NCBI GenBank assembly: GCA_002269645.1
Contig: NIVC01000921.1
Location: forward strand, 248,001-312,000
Direction: 5' to 3'
Source: Macrostomum lignano
Lineage: Eukaryota
Length of the DNA: 64,000 bases
This document shows, in pieces, positions 1 to 11,400 of this stretch (its first letter is position 1; each line of letters opens with the position of its first letter). Below the pieces are notes generated by a model. It was not told the origin of the DNA and made no database searches. It saw only the letters and a program-made list of their open reading frames with translations. The translations under genes and the position numbers were made by a program.

Positions 1-910
1 GTGCTGGGGATCTGAGTCACGATTGCTGAGCAGTCCAGGCAGTAGAGGGAGGGGAATTGAAAGAAGCTCCGTCTTCTCCTTCTTTTTCCGCTCCGTCTTC
101 CTAGTCGTCATCCGCTTTTATCTTCTTGGCTATCGCCTGTTCTCTGATTGCATTTTCTGCCGAGCCGCTCCCAGGGCAAGAGAGAATAAAGAAGGCGACC
201 CCCCTGAAGCCCTCTGGCGCGCCCGACTCTTCGATCTTGAGGGAGCAGTTTTGACTTTTTTTACTTGAGCAGCGAGCCCGACTCTTTTTACTTCGAAGCT
301 TCGAGGGCGATTAGATGGAGAGAGAGAGAGAGAGAGAGAGAGAAATGAGGGGCGGGACAGAAAGATGGAGAGTTGAGATGCTGAGGCTGGATGAGGCCTG
401 GGTGAAAGCTTTGTTTAGGTTTGAGCTTATTCGACCCCCCCACCCAACCCAATCGCCGTCCCAAATCCCACAGGCCTAATCGCGGATAACGGTTGCCAAG
501 AGGTTTCCGGTTGCTGGGATCGAATCGGGGATTTGGATGAGGAAGTGACTGAGAGCGGCAGCGCTGAGATGGAGAAATCTGGCGCCAGTCCCACAGGGTG
601 AGCCTGCTCAAGCGTGAGACAGACGTCACGTGCTGCGGCGGGATGGTTCGAATTTTCTGAGCATTGTCCCGAATCGAGCATGCAGCATGCAGCTCGGAGC
701 AGCAAGGTCTCTGAACCGGCGCAAAGTCTCAGAATTCGCTGTTGGGTTGGTCGGATTATATCTCGGCTCGTTCCTTGCTGCTCAAGTGAGCACATCATAA
801 AAGAGTCAATCTTTAAAGAGAGCTCATATATCCTCTATTTTGTGACTCCTAAAACTCAGTTAGGACAAAATGGATGACGAATAGTTTAGGCGTTATAGAA
901 CTTATTGTCT

Positions 911-2445
911 GTGAAGTTTAGGATTTGTGAAGTTTAGGATTTGTGAAGTTTAGGATTTGTGAAGTTTAGGGTCTGTGAAGTTTGGGGTCTATGAAGTTTG
1001 GGGTGTGTGAAGTTTAGGGTCTTGAAGTTTGGGGTGTGTGAAGTTTAGGGTCTTGAAGTTTGGGGTGTGTTAAGTTTAGGGTTTGTGAAGTTTAGGGTCT
1101 GTGAAGTTTGGGGTGTGTGAAGTTTAGGGTCTGTGAAGTTTGGGGTCTATGAAGTTTGGGGTGTGTGAAGTTTAGGGTCTTGAAGTTTGGGGTGTGTGAA
1201 GTTTAGGGTCTTGAAGTTTGGGGTGTGTGAAGTTTAGGGTTTGTGAAGTTTAGGGTCTATGAAGTTTGGGGTTTGTGAAGTTTAGGGTCTTGAAGTTTGG
1301 GGTGTGTTAAGTTTAGGGTTTGTGAAGTTTAGGGTCTGTGAAGTTTGGGGTGTGTGAAGTTTAGGGTTTGTGAAGTTTAGGGTCTATGAAGTTTGAGGTG
1401 TGTGAAGTTTAGGGTCTTGAAGTTTGGGGTGTGTGAAGTTTAGGGTCTGTGAAGTTTGGGGTGTGTGAAGTTTAGGGTCTGTGAAGTTTGGGGTGTGTGA
1501 AGTTTAGGGTCTGTGAAGTTTAGGGTTTGTGAAGTTTAGGGTCTGTGAAGTTTAGCATTTGTGAAGTTTAAGGTTTGTGAAGTTTAGGGTTTGTGAGGTT
1601 TAGGGTTTTTTTATTTTTTTTTTTAGAGGCAGGGGGGTTGTGTGCACCCTGGCGCAATTTAAGCGATATTGGCACACAACCGGCGAGAGGCATTACTGCC
1701 CATTCCGCCGACTCCCCTGAGCAGGCATACAAGCGCGCGGATACGTACGCAGGCACACACTCACACAGGAGTGTACAGCGGCCCTAACTTTATTTTATCG
1801 TTAGGCATGTACACTTTACTGCGCCTTGGGGGGTTGGCTCTCAAGGCCGTTAATTGCACGAGCAGAGCCAAGCCGAGATTCCAAATCAGCCCCAAATTAA
1901 TGTGACTGCACTTGGAATCGAGCCTGGGTCGCTGGCACACCAGAGCAGCTGCGCTACCGCTGGGCTACGGCCCCCCTCTGAGGTTTAGGGTTTGTGAAGT
2001 TTAGGGTTTGTGAGGTTTAGGGTTTGTGAAGTTTAGGGTTTGTGAAGTTTAGGGTTTGTGAAGTTTGGGGTCTGTGAAGTTTAGGGTTTGTGAAGTTTAG
2101 GGTCTGTGAAGTTTGGGGTTTGTGAAGTTTAGGGTTTGTGAAGTTTAGGGTCTGTGAAGTTTGGGGTTTGTGAAGTTTAGGGTCTGTGAAGTTTAGGGTT
2201 TGTGAAGTTTAGGGTTTGTGAAGTTTGGGGTCTGTGAAGTTTGGGGTTTGTGAAGTTTAGGGTCTGTGAAGTTTAGGGTTTGTGAAGTTTAGGGTTTGTG
2301 AAGTTTAGGGTTTGTGAAGTTTAGGGTCTGTGAAGTTTGGGGTTTGTGAAGTTTAGGGTTTGTGAAGTTTAGGGTCTGTGAAGTTTAGGGTTTGTGAAGT
2401 TTAGGGTCTGTGAAGTTTGGGGTTTGTGAAGTTTAGTGTCTGTGA
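911..2445. repeat. 16-bp minisatellite GTGAAGTTT(A/G)GGGT(C/T)T, split by a SINE at 1609-1978
   Basis: Direct tandem copies at 911-1608 and 1979-2445. Confidence 0.95.
1609..1978 (-). mobile_element. tRNA-derived SINE with poly(A) tail inserted in the 16-bp array
   Basis: Minus-strand head GGGGCCGTAGCCCAGCGGTAG...GGCTCGATTCC; A-rich tail at 1609-1624; candidate TSD TGAGGTTTAGGGTTT at 1594-1608 and 1979-1993; central hairpin at 1770-1815. Confidence 0.75.
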
Positions 2446-2458
2446 AAGCGCCCTTCAC

Positions 2459-5400
2459 CTCCTGTTGCCCGTTGGTGACAGCGGAGCCTGACGCAGCTGC
2501 GGCGGCTGCGGCAGCCGCGGCTGACGAGCTGGCTCCGTGCATCGGGGTGCCTTCGATCGGCGTCCTGCCGGCATCCTCGCCCGCCGCTGTCATCGCCGCT
2601 TCGTCCGAGGAGGCCGCGGCGCCGCCACCGCCGCCCGCGCCTCCGTCGGGATCGGCCGAAGACATCCTGGCCAGATTGCTGGCCACCTTGTCGTTGGCGT
2701 GGAAGCTGAGCGCCTTGACAACCCGGCTGGATTTGCGCGCCTTGGTTGCGGTTTTCCTCAGCGTCACGGTTGGCTCGCTGCGGGAAAAGTGAAACCAATT
2801 GCACTGAGTTAATTAAGCAGTGAAATCCATAGATCGAGGAGGCAAACAGTCATGTGAATTCCTCTGGTCCCTGAATTCGTACATGCACACGCTCACACAG
2901 GGTGTACACAAGGACTACTAGGAACACTTCGTTGTAGTCTAGTCTAGTAGTCCTTGGGTGCATATTGAATGAGTCCGCGCAGAGAATCGAACGTGGGTTG
3001 CTTGGGCGCGAGATTCTACCCATCCTTTAGGGCCTTCGCCCTCTTCTCAGGCTGTCCGATGAATGCTCTAGCGTGACCTTCTTTACCCCCCAAGCCTGGA
3101 AGGCATCAGATGCATGCAGCTGGAGCTCCTCCATCTCCAATTTACTCGCCAGCTAAGTAATGACTTTTCAGGCTAAGCTGTCACAAAAAATCCCATGCCC
3201 GGAGGCGGCGGCGGCGGCGGCAATTTGAAATGCGATTTTTCAGGAAAGCCGGTCCCGACCCGCATCGCCTGAGCCGGACGCGAGCCTTTAAGCAGCGGGG
3301 CCAGTAGGGTAGATTAGAATTGCAAGAGTCTTCTTACGCGCCAGAAGCAAGAGAGTCGCAACAGCAAAGCAAGAAAATATGATGAGCGAGTCTGATGAGG
3401 GCGAATTTCAAGCAGGAATGACTCACCAGCTCGCCCTGCCTCGATTCGGCCTTCCCTACTACAATATACCCTTGGGGAGACTTTGCTGCCTTCTTTTATC
3501 TTCCCAGTTGCCTTCATCAGTTTTTGTCCGTCTCCCTACTAGCTAGCTGAAGTTTGTTGCGCCCTGTTGCCCCGGGTCCATCCCGCCCGGGCCAATTTGC
3601 TCATAATTAATGCTATTGATCACCTGGGGCCACGAAGTCTGCATGCAACCCTATACTCAAATTAATGTTTCCCCGGGGAGGGAATGCTCGCCTTTAGTCT
3701 CTTTGACCAGTCCACGGATGCTGTTGCGATGCCTCCTGTGAGGCTCAAGAAAAACTATACAAGTTGAGAGAGCCAAGATCCGAATGCTAAAAATTCTCTA
3801 ACAATGACACGGGCTTGAAGCAGTTGCATGCACTCACACTTTGCCAGCCTTAAAATGCGCCCTGTGGACTCCAAGCGCCGGAGCTGTGCCGCCAACTCCC
3901 GGCTGGCTTGTAGACAGGGACAGCTGCGAGTTCACCCAGTCCTCGCCAGTGCTCTGCTGCACGAGGCCGTAGTAGATGATCTGCGGGATTAGAGGCGTCC
4001 GAATCCACTCCTTGGCCATGGTCTGAACTGTCAATAACTTAATCTGTCTATGATCTTAACTATCTATGACCTAAAGTTTCTATGACTTAAACTTTCTATG
4101 ACCTAAGCTGTCTATGACCTAAGCAATCTAAGACCTACCCAAATTGTCTATGACTTAAACTGTCTTTGACTTAAACTGTCTATGACCTTAGATTTCTATG
4201 ACTTAAATTTTCTATGACCTAAGCTGTCTATGATCTAAACTGTCTATGACCTGAGATTTCTATGACTTAAATTTTCTATGACCTAAGCTGTCTATGACCT
4301 AAACTATCTAAGACCTGCCCAAACTGTCTATGACCTAAATTGTCATTGACCTAAACTATGACATGAGATATCTTTGACTTAAGTTTTCTATGACCTAAAC
4401 TGTCTATGACTTAAACTGTCTATGACCTGAGATTGCTATGACCTAAATTTTCGGTGACCTTCTATGACCTTCTATGACCTTCTATTACCTTCTAGCAGTC
4501 TATGATCTAAACTGTCTATGACCTGAGATTTCTATGACTTAAACTTTCTATGACCTAAGGTGTCTATGACCTTCTCCCTCGAAAACTATCAATGACCAAA
4601 ATTGTCAATGACAAATAGTAGTCAAGTGAATAACTTCCTCGGTAATGCTTAGAAATTAATTCAACCATTTACAATGCACTAACTCGATCTGGATGCAAAT
4701 TTATGCATAGCATTATAACAAACTACATTAGGCATTGGAAACTAAATTTGATTTACATTTCAGCCGGGAATTCGTACAAAAACTTTTTAGGCGGAAAAAA
4801 TTCAAGAGCCAAGGCGCACTGCGGGCACACCGAAGCCCAATTAAAATCAGCTTTCACTCCAAACTCCATCGAAATGAGTGAGTAAGCTTCTCCCGCTGTG
4901 ATGAAGCAGAACCTTTTCCCATTATCGTCGTAGCGCTTTGGCCACACAAGTGAACTGGAAGTGCGGGGACTTAAGCCAGCCTTCGGCAGTACCGTATAGT
5001 CCAGCCTTTCCGCCCCATTCTATTAGATGCAGCCCCAGCAGCGCATATTGGGATTGAAAGTTTACAGTAGAATGCCTTAAACTGCAGAGACTATATTATT
5101 CCGTCACGGCCCTCTGCAGTAGCTTGATACAGCAGTGACTCATGGTTAAGGCATGACAGGCAAGCCGTTCTCTGTTTATACGCCAATACTTTCTTTTCCT
5201 TGGCATGGACCCCTCCCCCCTCTCTGTACCTCCTTCTGTCCTCCTTTCAGATCCTTACTTAGCAGAAATGCTTTCTTATAGTGGAGTGGAAATCAAATTA
5301 AGAGACCTCCAATATACTTAACACAGTGTATAGTGTATAGTATATACTTTCTCTATCCATTCAATCCCGACGAATGCCATGGAGTGTACAACAAGGGCTT

Positions 5401-8400
5401 GAGCCTGGGGTCCACGAACTCCGGCCCTCGAAGCCTCTCTATCCGGCCATCGGGTCCTTTGAAGTTTGAAACTTCACAACAGCAGTCCGCCCCGCTCAGG
5501 GTTTGTGTCTCTTCTCATCTCTATTCTCTCCCCTCATCTCTCTTCTCTCCCCTCATCTCTCTTCTCTCCCCTCATCTCTCTTCTCTCCCCTCATCTCTCT
5601 TCTCTCCCGTCATCTCTCTTCTCTCCCCTCATCTCTCTTCACTCCCGTCATCTCTCTTCTCTCCCCTCATCTCTCTTCACTCCCGTCATCTCTCTTCTCT
5701 CCCCTCATCCCTCTTCTCTCCCGTCATCTCTCTTCTCTCCCTCATCTCTCTTCTCTCCCGTCATCTCTCTTCTCTCCCTCATCTCTCTTCTCTCCCGTCA
5801 TCTCTCTTCTCTCTCTCATCTCCCTTCTCTCCCTTCATCGCTCTTCTCTTCCCTCATCTCTCTTCTCTTCCCTCATCTCTCATCTCTCCCCTCATCTCTC
5901 TTTTCTTTCCTCATCTCCCTTCTCTTCCCTCATCTCTCTTCTCTTGCCTCATCTCTCTTCTCTCCTCTCATCTCCCTTCTCTTGCCTCATCTCTCTTCTT
6001 TCATCGCTCATCTGACCTCTCCTCTCATCTCCTCTCTCGCCTCACTTCTCTGTTCTCTCATGAGCAGCCATGAGCTGGATACTTAATTTGGCTCTGAGGT
6101 GAAACAGGTTTGCCAACCCCTGGCTTAAGGGAATCTGATAGATTTTAACCTACAGTGGACAGATGGATAGCGAGCCTCACCTTCATGGCGGACTCGTTGC
6201 TGAACACTCGGACGTCGTATTTCGGCGACCATTTGGCCCGGCTGACCACGTAGGACAGATAGAGCTCCAGCTGCGTGGTCTCCTGACACTCCAGTACGAT
6301 GGAGATTTCGCTAAAAATTTTATACAGTTTTTAAGTGGTATTGGATTTTGGCTTGCAATTTTGTTAAAATTCAATTAGACTTCATTTTGCGGAGAGAGCG
6401 AGGCCTGTATGTAGGTCCACTCGGAGGCCACTTCACTGAACCAAGTGGCTCTCAGGCATTTCGGTATGTTGGCTACTTTCTTGCAATATAGCGCCTCTCT
6501 GACACCATAGGTGCCTTTCTGACCCCATAGGCGCCTTTCTAACACCATGAGCGCATCTCTGACACCATGGAAACCTCTCTGACACCATGGAAACCTCTCT
6601 AACACCATGGAAACCTCTCTGAAACCATGGGAACCTCTCTGACACCATGGGAACCTCTCTGAAACCATGGGAACCTCTCTGAAACCATGGGAACCTCTCT
6701 GACACCATGGAAACCTCTCTGAAACCATGGGAATCTCTCTGACACCATGGAAACCTCTCTGACACCATGGGAACCTCTCTGACACCATTGAAACCTCTCT
6801 GACACCATGGGCACCTCTCTGACACCATGGAAACCTCTCTGACACCATGGGAACCTCTATGACACCATGGAAACCTCTCTGACACCATGGGAACCTCTCT
6901 GACACCATGGGAACCTCTCTGACACCATGGGAACCTCTCTGACACCATGGGCACCTCTCTGACACCATGGAAACCTCTCTGACACCATGGGAACCTCTAT
7001 GACACCATGGAAACCTCTCTGACACCATGAGAACCTCTCTGACACCATGGGAACCTCTCTGACGCTATTAGCGCCCCCCTCTGACGCTATGCATGGTTGT
7101 CTCTCTAACATCACGATGCCTCTCTAACACCATATATCTATCGCCATAATGCCCCGCTCCCACCAAGACCCCCGTCAGTCATTTACCCCCTAAGCGTCTC
7201 CCGATTAGGATCGTTCAGGCTTGGTCAGTTTTGGCGCAGCCACAGGGAAACCGCTGACACCCAGCACTGGAGAAACACTTCCTGGACACGCGCGGTAGTT
7301 TGCTCGCTCTGTCTCTCTGACCTCAGAGTTCAGGCACTTCAATTCGCGACTGTCCCCTCCCATCCTTCCAATTTCCACCCTCCCGAAACGCATTCCCCAG
7401 CATCCGGGACCCAGTTTCCGGAATTGGTTTCCCCTTTTCCACCCTTCCCCAATGGTTTGGCTTTTTAAAAGCACCCTGCAGATCCGGGCTTTCGCTTCAA
7501 AACACAAAAATGCCGAGGCGTCAATTGAGCCTGTTAAATGAAAACGACTGCACTCCGGGGTGGATGTCCTACTCTGACTCAGCAGCCACGCCACTAAACA
7601 CTGAGCAACATGGGACGATTTTAAGTTGTTCCAGTTGCTTTTGACTACGGTTGTAAAATACTGATTGAAATTCTCTAAGGGAGGCTTCATAGACCTTTTT
7701 GAAAGCAAGATTTGGACACCTCAAAGCTGCAATACCTGTCACCGATTGCACACCTCTAAGGATCTAAAGCTACAATACCTGGTACCGATTGCACACCTCT
7801 AAGAATCTCAAGCTACGATACCTGGTACCGATTGCACACCTCTAAGAATCTCAAGCTACGATACCTGGTACCGATTGCACACCTCTAAGAAGCTCAAGCT
7901 ACGACACCTGGCACCGATTGCACACCTCTAAGAATCTCAAGCTACGATACCTGGTACCGATTGCACACCTCAAAGCTACAAAACCTGGCACCGATTGCAC
8001 ACCTCTAAGAATCTCAAGCTACAATACCTGGCACCAATTGCATCCCCTCTGCCAGCCAGCCTCACCGGCTCTGCATCTCGTTATATCTGGCCTCGATATC
8101 CCGCAGCTGCTTCTCCAAAGCTTTGACGGCCTCCTCCTTCTTCTGGATGGCCACGCGAGTGTCAAGCAGGTCGTCATCCAGCCGGCCAGCCTGCCTGTCG
8201 TACAGGTTGAAGAAGCTGCTCAAGGTGTCCATGTGCTTCGGATCGAAGGCGTCAATCGAAGCTGCGGCCGGCGCCTGCGGCTGCGTAGCTCCATCCTGCG
8301 TTTATTAATAAATATCGTTTTTTTACATAGACGTGGCGTTATCCCGCTTGATTTGGACGTATAAATAAATCTTCGCCGATCTGTATGCAGGCGCTCACTC

Positions 8401-11400
8401 TTCCATACACTCGCTCACACAGGGTGTACAGCAGCCCTGACTTTCTCATCATCAGGCATGTACACTGTCTGTGTCTTGGGGGCTGGACCTGATGTGTGTG
8501 AATCGCACAACAACCCCTGGACAATTTTTTCGTGCACAAACCCTAAATTAAATAGAAATCGAACCAGGGGTCCTGGGGCGCGAGAGTCAGACGCGTTTAC
8601 GGCCGAACTACTCTGCCCCTTGGGTTTTCACATGATAAATATATCCTACCCCGTGTAGAATGTCTCCTACCCCGTGTAGAGAATGTCTCTAACCTCTGTA
8701 GAATGTCTCTAACCTCTGTAGAATGTCTCTAACCTCTGTAAAATGTCTCTAACCTCTGTAAAATGTCTCTAACCTCTGTAGAATGTCTCTAACCTCTGTA
8801 GAATGTCTCTAACCTCTGTAGAATGTCTCTAACCTCTGTAAAATGTCTCTAACCACTGTAGAAAGTCTCCTACTCCTATAGAATGTCTCTGACCTCTGTG
8901 GAATGTCTCTAACCTCTGTAGAGTGTCTCTAACCTCTGTAGAATGTCTCTAACCTCTGTAGAATGTCTCTAACCTCTGTAGAATGTCTCTAACCTCTGTA
9001 AAATGTCTCTAACCTCTGTAAAATGTCTCTAACCTCTGTAAAATGTCTCTAACCTCTGTAGAATGTCTCTAACCTCTGTAGAATGTCTCTAACCTCTGTA
9101 GAATGTCTCTAACCTCTGTAGAATGTCTCTAACCTCTGTAAAATGTCTCTAACCTCTGTAAAATGTCTCTAACCTCTGTAAAATGTCTCTAACCACTGTA
9201 GAAAGTCTCCTACTCCTATAGAATGTCTCTGACCTCTGTGGAATGTCTCTAACCACTGTAGAATGTCTCAAATCACTGTAGAATGTCTCTGACCTCTGTA
9301 GAATGTCTCGTACCCCTGTAGGATGTCTCTGACCTCTGTAGAATGTCTCGTACCCCTGTAGGATGTCCCCTACTCCTGTAGAATGTCTCGTACCCCTGTA
9401 GGATGTCCCCTACTCCTGTAGAATGTCTCGTACCCCTGTAGGATGTCCCCTACTCCTGTAGAATGTCTCTGACCTCTGTAGAAAGTCTCTAACCACTGTA
9501 GAAAGTCTCTAACCACTGTAGAATGTCTCTAACATGTCTCTAACCACTGTAGAATGTCTCTAACCTCTGTAGAATGTCTCGTACCCCTTTAAAATGTCTC
9601 CTACATCTGTAGAATGCCTCCTACCCTGTAGAATGTCTCCAGCCCCCGTAGAATGTCTCCAGCCCCCGTAGAATGTCTCTAACCTCTGTAGAATATCTTG
9701 TACCCCTGTATAATGTCCCCTACCCCTGTAGAATGTCTCTAAGCTCTGTAGAATTTCTCGTCCCCCTGTAGAATGTCTCCTACATCTGTAGAATGCCTCC
9801 TACCCTGTAGAATGTCTCCAGCCCCCGTAGAATGTCTCCTTTAGAATTTTGCTCTCTTGGCAGTTCTGTGCCCCACCGTAAAGTGCACACTCTGTTTAGT
9901 GCCTCAATCGAGTTTGTTATGAAGCGCCAAAGTCATGGATCAGCAGAGTTCCCAACTTTCACTCTCTCTTCGTGTCCCCGACTTCCCTAAACGCCACAGC
10001 TGATGCCGGGGTCAGCTGGGGTCACGGCGTCGGTGTGAAAAGCAAATAATAAAAAAATTGGCAAGGAAGCATTAAGCATGTCGGAATTTTTTGGGTTCTG
10101 AGGAATCATTTTTTGGGATTTTAAGGCAGGGATTTTATTTATGGATTTTCATGAATTCAAATCTAGGCCCGGGGATTTATACAGGCCTTCTATTCGTAGA
10201 AATCAATGGAAAAGAGGGATAAACTTTCAGAAAGACACTGCATTAAAAACCCGAACAAATAAAAAATGACAAGAGCTTCCTTTCCTAGAAAAGTCGAAAT
10301 TCATCCACTCCAATGAAGTCCAATCCAACTCCATTTAAAATCTCCCAATTTCTCTTAATCCCCCTTATGAAGTTTTCTAGATAAAAATCGCCCTAGAATG
10401 AATCGTCGTATGAAGTTCGAGTCCTGAACTTGGAATTGCCCCAATAAGAATCGCCCATTTAAGAATCACCCCAATGAGAATCACTCCAATGAGAATCGCC
10501 CTAATGAGAATCGCCCCTATGAGAATCGCTACTATGAGAATCGCTACTATGAGAATCGCTACTATGAGAATCGCTACTATGAGAATCGCTACTATGAGAA
10601 TCGCTACTATGAGAATCGCTACTATGAGAATCGTCCCAATGAGAATCGCTACAATGAGAATTGCTACTATGAGAATCGCCCCAATGAGAATCGCAACTAT
10701 GAGAATCGCCCCAATGAGAATCGCCCCAATGAGAATCGCCCTAATGAGAATCGCCCTAATGAAAATCGCTACTATGAGAATCGCTACTATGAGAATCGCT
10801 ACTATAAGAATCGCTACTATGAGAATCGCTACTATGAGAATCGCTACTATGAGAATCGCTACTATGAGAATCGCCCCAATGAGAATCGCCCCAATGAGAA
10901 TCACTCCAATGAGAATCGCTACTATGAGAATCGCTACAATGAGAATCGCTACTATGAGAATCGCTACTATGAGAATCGCTACTATGAGAATCGCTACTAT
11001 GAGAATCGCTACTATGAGAATCGCTACTATGAGAATCGCTACTATGAGAATCGCTACTATGAGAATCGCTACTATGAGAATCGCTACTATGAGAATCGCT
11101 ACTATGAGAATCGCTACTATGAGAATCGCTACTATGAGAATCGCTACTATGAGAATCGCTACTATGAGAATCGCTACTATGAGAATCGCTACTATGAGAA
11201 TCGCTACTATGAGAATCGCCCCAATGAGAATCACTCCAATGAGAATCGCCCCAATGAGAATCGCCCCTATGAGAATCGCAGAGAGCAGGTAAATCGCTCA
11301 CCCCGACAGTCGCTTTGATCTCGGCGGCGGCAGCGGCCACTGCGGCCACGGACGGCTCCGGCTTCCTTATTAGCATATCGGCGAAGCTGTTCAACACGTC

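Noticed and set aside
23-877. Several short ORFs at the window start, and 7205-7708 (167 aa)
   Set aside because: They contain no DUF4139 C-terminal motifs, no domain signature and no convincing splice phases. They may be TE debris but cannot be supported.
911-2445. TTTAGGG/TTAGGG telomere-like motif
   Set aside because: The motif is embedded once per 16-bp unit and is not a pure telomeric run, so this is not an interstitial telomere on present evidence.
7724-8040. CRISPR-like appearance of the 43-bp and other 20-24-bp repeats
   Set aside because: Units are head-to-tail with no unique spacers, there are no cas genes, and the context is eukaryotic.
8430-8460. CTGATGA...GAAA on the minus strand resembling a hammerhead core
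   Set aside because: There is no stem II or stem III, and these bases form the inner stem-loop of the SINE hairpin; the motif is absent in the sister copies.
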